This document shows positions 43,010-50,274 of a stretch of 64,000 nt of DNA, in pieces. A program made the translations under genes and the position numbers. The stretch is taken from the IMG/VR virus record IMGVR_UViG_3300021956_000001; one strand, 5' to 3'. The DNA comes from a virus. The stretch's first letter is position 1, and each line of letters begins with the position of its first letter. The notes beneath the pieces are model-generated. The model was not told where the DNA came from, searched no databases, and saw only the letters and a list, made by a program, of their open reading frames with translations.

Positions 43010-43033
43010 AGAGAAGTGCTTTTGTTTGAAAAC

Positions 43034-43058
43034 AGCTGCTATTCGTCACCCAGCAGCT
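43034..43058 (-). terminator. intergenic hairpin
   Basis: AGCTGCT (43034-40) / AGCAGCT (43052-58), 7 bp; weak T-tract on minus strand. Confidence 0.35.
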
Positions 43059-43064
43059 ATAGTG

Positions 43065-43310
43065 CTATTCTACAACTTCCATTGTAGGTTTTGGTTCTTC
43101 AACCTCTTTAACCACATCAGCTTCTACAGCTCTAGACATGACTTTTTCAATAGCTTCATTTGTTTGAACCATCAATTGAAACCTTGCAGCTTCTTCTGAA
43201 GCTAAATAAGCTCTAACTGTATTAAGAATTAGACCAAATTCTGCTCCTGATAATGTGAATGTGTCTTCAGGAGTCCATGTGTAACGTTTGTTAGCATCAT
43301 AAATTGCCAT
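43065..43310 (-). CDS. hypothetical protein (81 aa)
   Basis: ATG ORF with upstream -7 box. Confidence 0.55.
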   Translation of the reverse strand: MAIYDANKRYTWTPEDTFTLSGAEFGLILNTVRAYLASEEAARFQLMVQTNEAIEKVMSRAVEADVVKEVEEPKPTMEVVE

Positions 43311-43339
43311 AATGTAATATTTTTAATTGATTTATGTCA

Positions 43340-43347
43340 CAAATATA
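43340..43347 (-). promoter_or_regulatory. Bacteroidota-type -7 box (minus strand TATATTTG)
   Basis: Plus-strand CAAATATA; 30 nt upstream of ATG 43310. Confidence 0.4.
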
Positions 43348-43364
43348 TGCTATAATTGTGATAC

Positions 43365-43646
43365 TTACAAATCAATTTTAAACATTATAGTGCCTGTAGA
43401 CTTTATGCTTTTAGAAAGTTCTAGTCTGATACCAAATATGTTATGTAGTTTAAGAATCTCTTCTAGTAACATCCCATTATATTTAGGTAAGCTAGGTGCT
43501 AATCTAAAATCGTATGAGCCACTAGCCTTCGTTATTTGAAGACTAGATAACTCATCAACTGAATTTATTACTCCCTCTAAGTGAGCAAAATAAACTTCTT
43601 CATTGTCTAATAAAACTTTGGGAAAGAATTTTCTGCTTATTTCCAT
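43365..43646 (-). CDS. hypothetical protein (93 aa)
   Basis: ATG ORF adjacent to upstream stop. Confidence 0.55.
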   Translation of the reverse strand: MEISRKFFPKVLLDNEEVYFAHLEGVINSVDELSSLQITKASGSYDFRLAPSLPKYNGMLLEEILKLHNIFGIRLELSKSIKSTGTIMFKIDL

Positions 43647-44072
43647 TTATGAGAGTGTTAATCTATATTTAATTTTAGCAGCATCTCCACTAAGAGATTG
43701 TGCTATGTTTTCAATATCAGGCATGTTATTAGCTTCTCCAAACCCTTCAAGCTTTTTAGCAAAAAGAATAAGTTCATTAACAACAACATTAGGCATTCCT
43801 GCAGAATAGTTTTTGATCTCTTCCACTTTCATTGCTTTAGTTCTTGTACCTGTATACCCCATAATCTTTTCTACAATCTCATCTTTAACATTAAAGACAA
43901 GATCATATAGATCACCTAGGGCCAAATGCTCTGCGAGACTAGTAGTTTGCCAGTGTAACTCATGAATCTGTAATTCAAAATAGTTAAGCTTGGCTTTTAT
44001 AGAATCCAGAGAGAGGGAGGAAGCTCCTGCTCCCTCCATCATTTCTTCTGGGAATAATGATTTTAATGCCAT
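43647..44072 (-). CDS. Dps/ferritin-like four-helix-bundle protein
   Basis: IHELHWQTTSLAEHLALGDLYD..VKDEIVEKI lines up with Dps ..AHWNMRG..FIAVHEMLD..LDTMAER (His, His, Asp, Glu ferroxidase ligands present). Confidence 0.45.
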   Translation of the reverse strand: MALKSLFPEEMMEGAGASSLSLDSIKAKLNYFELQIHELHWQTTSLAEHLALGDLYDLVFNVKDEIVEKIMGYTGTRTKAMKVEEIKNYSAGMPNVVVNELILFAKKLEGFGEANNMPDIENIAQSLSGDAAKIKYRLTLS

Positions 44073-44090
44073 TTATTTTTATTTAGTTTA

Positions 44091-44588
44091 TTAACAAGGT
44101 ACTTGTGCTCCTGTAGGAACAGCAGCATCTCCAATTGAATTGATAGTAAATTGTTTAGTGTAAGTTATACCTAATTGATCAAACTTAACATAAATTGCTT
44201 CATTTGGTGTAAAATATGTAGGAGTAAAAGCAGCATATATTATACTTGCAGTGGATATATCACCATTTGGTACACCCATATTTATAACTGCTCCTGTATT
44301 TGGAGGACATAAAAATACTGTAAATCTACTAGCTTCATAATCATTATACACTAAAGGAGGAGCTGTAGTAGTTGTAGTTGTAGTGCTACTACTAGTGCTA
44401 GTAGAAGTAGATGTACTGGTAGAACTAGTAGTTGTAGTTGTAGGAGCATAATTACAACATTCTGTTGAATTGATTTCTTTCCAGTTACCTACCTTTGGTT
44501 TTGATTTTTGCAAGATCAAACTACTTGGGATTATACGACCTGAACCATCAAATCGAACAAACGCTTTTAATTTATTTTGAAGTGCCAT
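44091..44588 (-). CDS. structural-module protein with poly-Ser/Thr tract, paralogue of 44592..44864
   Basis: N-terminus LKAFVRFDGSGRIIPSSLILQKSKPKVGNWKEI..ECCN shared with neighbour; 27-residue S/T tract; extra ~90-aa C-terminal domain. Confidence 0.65.
   Translation of the reverse strand: MALQNKLKAFVRFDGSGRIIPSSLILQKSKPKVGNWKEINSTECCNYAPTTTTTSSTSTSTSTSTSSSTTTTTTTAPPLVYNDYEASRFTVFLCPPNTGAVINMGVPNGDISTASIIYAAFTPTYFTPNEAIYVKFDQLGITYTKQFTINSIGDAAVPTGAQVPC
44361..44441 (-). repeat. poly-Thr/Ser coding tract
   Basis: TTTTTSSTSTSTSTSTSSSTTTTTTT. Confidence 0.8.
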
Positions 44589-44591
44589 CTA

Positions 44592-44864
44592 TTATACTGT
44601 TGTAGTAGTTGTTGTGGTTGTAGAAGTACTAGTTGATGTAGAAGTACTTGTAGAAGTTGATGTACTAGTTGAACTACTTGTAGTAGTTGTGGTAGGAGCA
44701 GCAGTGGTTGTAGTGGTAGTTGTAGGATTACAACACTCATACGTTAAAATTTCTTGCCATCTACCTACTTTAGGTTTCTTTTTTCTCAGAACTAAGCTGC
44801 CTGCGACAACTCTTCCACTACCATCGTAGCGGACAAATGCTTTAAGATCTCTCTGATTTGCCAT
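44592..44864 (-). CDS. 90-aa protein: conserved N-domain plus terminal poly-Ser/Thr tail
   Basis: LKAFVRYDGSGRVVAGSLVLRKKKPKVGRWQEI..ECCN then 42 residues almost entirely T/S to the stop; followed by TAA TAG. Confidence 0.6.
   Translation of the reverse strand: MANQRDLKAFVRYDGSGRVVAGSLVLRKKKPKVGRWQEILTYECCNPTTTTTTTAAPTTTTTSSSTSTSTSTSTSTSTSTSTTTTTTTTV
44598..44723 (-). repeat. poly-Thr/Ser coding tract
   Basis: TTTTTTTAAPTTTTTSSSTSTSTSTSTSTSTSTSTTTTTTTT. Confidence 0.8.
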
Positions 44865-44868
44865 GTTA

Positions 44869-45885
44869 TTAGTAATTAAGGTTATATTTGTTTGATAATT
44901 TCTTTAATTCGTTGGCATAATGCCATGTACAAAATTGTTTTGATTTCTCATCATTCAACACAATGTTCAAATGATGATCTTTAGTTGGATCTTGTCCCAT
45001 ATGGTATTTACCTTTATAGAAACAAGAGTGTCCATCTTGTTGTGTGGCAGCTATTCCTGCATTATGCAGAATAGATGTTGTTTCTAATCTAGAAATTGGA
45101 TCAGTTGCCCAAGCAAAGTCTAGTTCTTTAACCACTTTAGTTTCTTGTTCTCTAGCCCAAAGGTTCCAAAGAACAGCCCACATATCAGCACACCAGCTTT
45201 GGTATCCTGAATTCTCATCTTTAAAATACTCTCTGTTTATATTCTGAAGGTATGTTCTAATGATAATGCAATCATTCATCACCTTACTCCAGAAATAAGC
45301 ATCTACATTCTTTAAAAGATATTGTGCTCCTCCTGAATTTAAATTATTAGCTTCACAGATTTCTCTGTTGATTCCAATAACACTTGTTAATTCTCCAAGA
45401 ACATCTCTGTTCTTGTAATCTTCAAGCTTCTCTGGAAGCACTTGATGCACCTTACTATCAAAGTAGGATGCGTTTATATAACTATTTGTATCTGAGAGAT
45501 AACATATTTCATCTTCTAAGAACTGATCAACATTGAAATCTTTTGTAAACAGAATATCTGAATCACAATAGAAGATAGCTTTATCTTTTAATTCTGGATG
45601 CTCTTTGAAATGTTTCCAAAGGACGTAAGGACGTAGAATAGGAATATAGATTCCTAATAGATCACTTACATTATCAACATCTTTATAGAAATGAAACTCT
45701 GCTTCTGGATACAAGTCCATTACTTGTTTCCATTTTTGATTAACTTCTCTATTCTTAGGAGTAAAGATCAAGGATATAGCCTTATCAGACTGTCCTATGT
45801 TTCTAAGACTCTCTAGCCACAAATGCACTTGCCAAGTGTAATATGCGTCATCAGGACAAGCCTGAATGAATTTTAAATCTCTCAT
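44869..45885 (-). CDS. putative GT-A-like glycosyltransferase
   Basis: IFYCDSDILF (DxD-like) after a Rossmann-like N-terminal half; weak pattern call. Confidence 0.35.
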   Translation of the reverse strand: MRDLKFIQACPDDAYYTWQVHLWLESLRNIGQSDKAISLIFTPKNREVNQKWKQVMDLYPEAEFHFYKDVDNVSDLLGIYIPILRPYVLWKHFKEHPELKDKAIFYCDSDILFTKDFNVDQFLEDEICYLSDTNSYINASYFDSKVHQVLPEKLEDYKNRDVLGELTSVIGINREICEANNLNSGGAQYLLKNVDAYFWSKVMNDCIIIRTYLQNINREYFKDENSGYQSWCADMWAVLWNLWAREQETKVVKELDFAWATDPISRLETTSILHNAGIAATQQDGHSCFYKGKYHMGQDPTKDHHLNIVLNDEKSKQFCTWHYANELKKLSNKYNLNY

Positions 45886-45920
45886 TATGTAGTTGGTTTA
45901 TTAGTTTTTAATGATGTGCA

Positions 45921-46016
45921 TTAATTAGTTTTAGCTTCTTTTACTTTTTCTAAGATAGCTTTTACTTCTTCAGATTTAGGCTCTGGAGCTTGTGTGTTAG
46001 GAAAATGATTTGCCAT
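45921..46016 (-). CDS. 31-aa micro-ORF
   Basis: Hand translation MANHFPNTQAPEPKSEEVKAILEKVKEAKTN. Confidence 0.3.
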   Translation of the reverse strand: MANHFPNTQAPEPKSEEVKAILEKVKEAKTN

Positions 46017-46018
46017 GA

Positions 46019-46627
46019 TTAGTCTTGGAATATAGTTGGTGATTGAACAAAGTTTGGTAATAAAAACTCAAAGTCATATGACATTAATGCAGATATATCT
46101 CCACTATCAGCTGTATTAGCTGATGCTACAAGAGCATACCAGTATTCTCCATTTCCTTGAGGATTTTCATATGGATATAAATATAATGCAAAGTCAGAAA
46201 TAGTAGTGGTACCACCACCAGCTAAACTCAATACAGCACCATTTGCTAATGGTGTGTTAATAATGTTATTATCAACTGTAACTTGAAAAGAACCTGTAAT
46301 ATCTCCAGGGAAATAGAAAGGTTGTTGAGTACCGAAGTTTACAGTGCATAAATATTGTCCAAATCCATTACCACTACTATTAATAGGCATAATACCTTTA
46401 ATGTGATAAGAGATTAACTCTACACCATCTGTGTAAGTAAACTTAGCACCATCATTTGTTAATCCTGCAGGTGGATACCATTCAAATGGAATTCCTGTAG
46501 GAGTAGATGGATTTCCAGATACAGAAACTTTTGATGTCACCTTAATTAAATTTTCTAATTGTTTAGATATATTCCAAAGCAGATTTGATTGTTGACTTTG
46601 TCCTATTTGTTTTGCTGGTATTGCCAT
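46019..46627 (-). CDS. structural (fibre/receptor-binding-like) protein sharing an N-terminal module with 46640..47431
   Basis: MAIPAKQIGQSQQSNLLWNISKQLENLIKVTS resembles MAIPSKQIGWGTEENLLWQISKQLETLTNVTY. Confidence 0.6.
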   Translation of the reverse strand: MAIPAKQIGQSQQSNLLWNISKQLENLIKVTSKVSVSGNPSTPTGIPFEWYPPAGLTNDGAKFTYTDGVELISYHIKGIMPINSSGNGFGQYLCTVNFGTQQPFYFPGDITGSFQVTVDNNIINTPLANGAVLSLAGGGTTTISDFALYLYPYENPQGNGEYWYALVASANTADSGDISALMSYDFEFLLPNFVQSPTIFQD

Positions 46628-46639
46628 TATATTATATTT

Positions 46640-47431
46640 TTAAATTGTTCCCATTTGTAATGATCCTTCTGTTGCTGCAAATGGATTTTCTGTAGAATAA
46701 GTTGCTCCAGAATTTGTAGCATTATGTCCATTTCCACTAAGATCAGATAATTCCATTGGTAAATTAGTTCCTTGGAAAATTAACAATACATCACCACTGA
46801 TATTAGGAAGTGTACTTGTTGGTACTGTAAATCCAGCTGGATCATATACAGCTGTATTATTCCATCTAAAGTTACTCATTAATCCATTAAATGAAGAATC
46901 AGGTTCATTACCATCTCCAATAGTTAATGGAAGTCCTTGACTAGAAATACTTCCTGAATAAGGAGAGCTTGCAACTTGGAATCCATCAATTAACATATAA
47001 GCTGTAGATCCAGATCCAATTACACATAAATGGTACCATTGTCCTACATTAGGTTCAAATGCACCATTAATTAATGCACCATTATTTGCCCAAAAATATA
47101 ACTGACCACCTTCTATTGATATTGCATTAGGAGCTGGATAAGCACCAAAGCTATATGGACGTGGAAAACCATTTAAGTTAGATAAGTTTACAAACATTTC
47201 AATAGTAAAATCTCCTACAATATCAAAATCTGTACTAGCAGCAATTCCAACATTACCTGGTCCAGGTGCTACTGTAGTTGTAGTGGTTGTTGTACTTGTA
47301 CTAGTAGAAGTAGTACTAGTTATTTTACCTATATTATATGTGACATTGGTCAAAGTCTCTAATTGCTTAGAGATTTGCCACAACAGATTTTCTTCTGTTC
47401 CCCAACCTATTTGTTTAGATGGTATTGCCAT
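46640..47431 (-). CDS. LamG / concanavalin-A-like lectin domain protein
   Basis: GDFTIEMFV..GGQLYFWAN..GQWYHLCVIG..AYMLIDG..LTIGDG..FNGLMSNFRWNN pattern of Laminin_G_3 domains; S/T linker after shared N-module. Confidence 0.7.
   Translation of the reverse strand: MAIPSKQIGWGTEENLLWQISKQLETLTNVTYNIGKITSTTSTSTSTTTTTTTVAPGPGNVGIAASTDFDIVGDFTIEMFVNLSNLNGFPRPYSFGAYPAPNAISIEGGQLYFWANNGALINGAFEPNVGQWYHLCVIGSGSTAYMLIDGFQVASSPYSGSISSQGLPLTIGDGNEPDSSFNGLMSNFRWNNTAVYDPAGFTVPTSTLPNISGDVLLIFQGTNLPMELSDLSGNGHNATNSGATYSTENPFAATEGSLQMGTI
47273..47320 (-). repeat. poly-Thr/Ser coding tract
   Basis: STTSTSTSTTTTTTTV linker. Confidence 0.75.
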
Positions 47432-47454
47432 AGTTAAAAAAATTTAATGTTCTA

Positions 47455-47462
47455 CAAAAATA
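47455..47462 (-). promoter_or_regulatory. Bacteroidota-type -7 box (minus strand TATTTTTG)
   Basis: Plus-strand CAAAAATA, 24 nt upstream of ATG 47431. Confidence 0.4.
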
Positions 47463-47517
47463 TAATAATTTTCAATAGAACTGTGTGATTATAAATAAAT
47501 TAAAATAATCAAAAAGA

Positions 47518-47661
47518 TTATTTTCCTTGTCCTCGATAAAGCTTTTTATACTTTTTTGATGATTTTAGTTGAGAGGTTTTAGTTTTAGCATGAACTCCTG
47601 GTCTTGCCACTTTAATTTTTACCTTTTTCTCTGTAGCCTGTATTGATTTTGCTTTTGCCAT
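47518..47661 (-). CDS. 47-aa very basic protein (below cutoff)
   Basis: Hand translation MAKAKSIQATEKKVKIKVARPGVHAKTKTSQLKSSKKYKKLYRGQGK. Confidence 0.4.
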   Translation of the reverse strand: MAKAKSIQATEKKVKIKVARPGVHAKTKTSQLKSSKKYKKLYRGQGK

Positions 47662-47664
47662 GGT

Positions 47665-48135
47665 TTAAAATAATTTGTATTCAATTAATAATCCCATTGT
47701 TGATGGGGTGTTTTGTTTCACTGTATAAATAGCACCTGCTATCCATTTCTTATACTCTAATACTACATTAGCATGTGCTGATGGTTGTGAGAAATCAAAG
47801 GATGCTGTCTTAATTCCAGCATACCCATGTATATGAATCTTATGTAAATTGTTTAATACAGCATTTTGTTTATCGATGATAGACATTTGCTTCACTATAA
47901 TTGTGTCTTTGATAGATAGTTGTTCTCCAAATAATTTTTCTTTCTGTTGAAAATTGTTAATTCTCTCACTCTGGAGAGCAGCTATCTGTTTCAAAGCATC
48001 ATAACTAACAAGATCTTTAGCAATAGCTCTAGCTTGTTTCTCAGTTAATACTACAACACTATCTTTCGTAACGGTCTGTGAAAAACTGCTGAAGCCCACT
48101 AATAGGCAGACTATCAATAACTTTCTTTTCAACAT
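47665..48135 (-). CDS. exported protein overlapping the upstream TM/coiled-coil gene (o-spanin-like position)
   Basis: Signal peptide MLKRKLLIVCLLVGFSSFSQ; start embedded 77 nt inside 48059..48367 in another frame. Confidence 0.55.
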   Translation of the reverse strand: MLKRKLLIVCLLVGFSSFSQTVTKDSVVVLTEKQARAIAKDLVSYDALKQIAALQSERINNFQQKEKLFGEQLSIKDTIIVKQMSIIDKQNAVLNNLHKIHIHGYAGIKTASFDFSQPSAHANVVLEYKKWIAGAIYTVKQNTPSTMGLLIEYKLF

Positions 48136-48367
48136 ATTCTTTTTCTTTAATGGTTTTTATTTTGTCCACTATAATAGTGTCCACCTTTGATAGGCTATCT
48201 ATCTGTTTTGCTTTCTGTGCTGATATATCCTGTAAGCTATCAACCTCAACCTTTAGATGATTTGCCTCATCTAGTAACTTATCATTATTGATGTTACTAT
48301 GTAATGAGGCAATGATCCAAATGATGATGATAACTCCAGCTAACCATTGGTTTTTGATGAAGTTCAT
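48059..48367 (-). CDS. N-terminal TM plus coiled-coil protein (i-spanin- or holin-like)
   Basis: WLAGVIIIIWIIASL helix then charged coiled coil; immediately downstream of endolysin. Confidence 0.55.
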   Translation of the reverse strand: MNFIKNQWLAGVIIIIWIIASLHSNINNDKLLDEANHLKVEVDSLQDISAQKAKQIDSLSKVDTIIVDKIKTIKEKEYVEKKVIDSLPISGLQQFFTDRYER

Positions 48368-48369
48368 AA

Positions 48370-48984
48370 CTATCCTTTAATTTGTTTGTAGAAATTGTTT
48401 GTTCTTGTAACACGATCTTCTAATCCAATTACACCACCGTTTACACGTTTAGTAACCTTTGTAATTGCTTCTGAATTCACCACTGTACATAATGGAAGAA
48501 TACCATTCTTTTTGAAGAAGAATACAGCACTATCTAAATAGTATTTAGAACCTACTAGTTCTGGATGAGCTACACAGTCTTCCTTAATATAATCAGAGAA
48601 TGCTTTGAAGTTATCCTTACCTGTAGTTTGAATACCACCAGCACCTCTATATTTCCATCCATCTCCAGATTTTTCATCTCCATTACCCATTCTAGATGCA
48701 TATACTTTGTTAGCAATCTTCTCTGGTTGTCTTTCATAAGCCTTAGCTAATGCTTCTGTAGGAAAATATTTCTTGAAGATAGTCATTAATCCTTTAGCTC
48801 CATAGTTTAAGTTTTCTCTTTCTGCTGTGAAGTTGTTTGATTCGTGTGAAACTTGTCCTAAGATGTGAGCCAATTGCTCATCTGTTACACCCCATAATTC
48901 TTTCATTTTTGCAAATGAACCTTTACCTAAAATACCATCAGCTGTTAATCCGTTAGCTGCTTGAAATTCTGAAATTTTACTCAT
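48370..48984 (-). CDS. endolysin, GH19 (chitinase-like) muramidase with short peptidoglycan-binding motif
   Basis: LGQVSHESNNFTAERE, GNGDEKSGDGWKYRGAGGIQTTGKDNF, DSAVFFF, RVNGGVIGLEDR; N-terminal NGLTADGILG. Confidence 0.85.
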   Translation of the reverse strand: MSKISEFQAANGLTADGILGKGSFAKMKELWGVTDEQLAHILGQVSHESNNFTAERENLNYGAKGLMTIFKKYFPTEALAKAYERQPEKIANKVYASRMGNGDEKSGDGWKYRGAGGIQTTGKDNFKAFSDYIKEDCVAHPELVGSKYYLDSAVFFFKKNGILPLCTVVNSEAITKVTKRVNGGVIGLEDRVTRTNNFYKQIKG

Positions 48985-48995
48985 TGTTTATTGTT

Positions 48996-50258
48996 TTAAA
49001 GTTTGATTTTACTACCTATTGTTATTGCATAAGTCATAGGTATGTCTTTATTTGTATTACCGATTGTATTTATTCCTAAGTTCGCTTTGAACCTTTGCGT
49101 AAGATTGAAGTCAAAATTGCTTCCCATAATGAATGTAACATATTCGCTGTATGTAAATTTATTTGTAGCTGTTGTATAACTCATAGGTGATGATGATACT
49201 GCCACCATAGGAGATATTGTATATCTTTTAAATGGAAATGGTCTTGTTATAAAGGTTGTAAGTGATGGTGACATCATTACATCTTTTTCCATATTAATGA
49301 ATGTACCTCCAAGGGCATATCCAAACACCATTCCTTTCTTTAATAGGAATACATCATTCATTCCTATAGATACCACTTTAGTATTAAACATCAACATAGC
49401 TGTTAAGCTAAGTCCTGTAATCTTATATATACTTCCTTTATGATATGTATAACCTACAACATCATTACCAAATTTTATAGGCACCTTTCTATCATAATTA
49501 AACAATAGAGTTGTTTTAGATAGAGATAAAGAGAACTGCTTAAGGTTACTCCATATCATTGTATTTGCACTATAAGATGTTGCTCCTGTCAATGAACTTC
49601 TAGACAATCCAAATGATGCTACCTGGTTAAAGGATCCATCAAGGTTTTGCATGGTCATATAATTAGCAGCAATGAGTACAGGTTGTACAGCTTGTTGCTT
49701 TTTCTTGTCTTCCTTTTTCTCTTCTTTCTTCTCTTCTTTTTTCTCTTCCTTTTTTTCTTCTTTCTTAGTCTCTTGTTTAGATTCTTCTTTCTTCTCTTCT
49801 GATTTAGTCTCTGTCTTTGTTTCAGACTTTGATTCTGTTTTAGTTTCAGAACTACTAGAAGATGAACTACTAGAAGCAGGAGGTGGTGGTGCAGCTGCTA
49901 CTGGTGCAGGTGGAGGAGGAGGAGCTGGAATATTAATAGCACTTGATGCAGCTGCTGTTGCTGCTGATGTAGCAGCTTGAGTAGCTTGTGTTGCTGTTTG
50001 TTGAACTACAGTTTGAGTAGCTTGTGCTACAGAACATGGATTATATGTAGTCCACCAAGTGTATGTTTCTTCCAACCAAATCTGTAATGCTCCTGACTGT
50101 ACATCAGCTGCTGTAAATGCTTTACTTCTATTGTAAAACATAATTACAGTGGATCCCTGAAGAGGAATAGTAAATACTTTCATCTCTCCAGTGCATTTAT
50201 CGTAATAAGTTTGTGTTACAGTTTGACTGCTAGCACTTATTCCAATAAACAAGAACAA
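48996..50258 (-). CDS. exported protein: Pro-rich and Lys/Glu-rich linkers plus beta-rich C-terminal domain (possible OM protein); non-ATG start
   Basis: Track start is TTG 50258. In-frame upstream codons read I-K-K-I-I-F-I (ATT at 50279), giving a classical signal peptide xKKIIFILFLFIGISASSQ. PPPPPAPVAAAPPPP, then S-run and (E/K)-rich tract. Confidence 0.6.
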   Translation of the reverse strand: MFLFIGISASSQTVTQTYYDKCTGEMKVFTIPLQGSTVIMFYNRSKAFTAADVQSGALQIWLEETYTWWTTYNPCSVAQATQTVVQQTATQATQAATSAATAAASSAINIPAPPPPPAPVAAAPPPPASSSSSSSSSETKTESKSETKTETKSEEKKEESKQETKKEEKKEEKKEEKKEEKKEDKKKQQAVQPVLIAANYMTMQNLDGSFNQVASFGLSRSSLTGATSYSANTMIWSNLKQFSLSLSKTTLLFNYDRKVPIKFGNDVVGYTYHKGSIYKITGLSLTAMLMFNTKVVSIGMNDVFLLKKGMVFGYALGGTFINMEKDVMMSPSLTTFITRPFPFKRYTISPMVAVSSSPMSYTTATNKFTYSEYVTFIMGSNFDFNLTQRFKANLGINTIGNTNKDIPMTYAITIGSKIKL

Positions 50259-50274
50259 TATAAATATTATCTTT

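Noticed and set aside
41614-43199. Plus-strand ORFs 41614..42090, 42340..42561, 42722..42982 and 42939..43199
   Set aside because: They are antisense to the tightly coupled MATIKK operon and have hydrophobic, low-information composition typical of the reverse strand of Lys-rich (AAR) coding. They have no start context.
44586-44600. Stop-codon readthrough joining the two poly-S/T paralogues
   Set aside because: Tandem stops TAA TAG precede the next ATG, and the downstream protein repeats the same N-domain, so this is a duplication rather than a fusion.
44614-44829. 71-aa poly-Val plus-strand ORF
   Set aside because: It is the antisense reading of the ACN/AGY poly-Thr/Ser tract of 44592..44864, and a low-complexity artefact.
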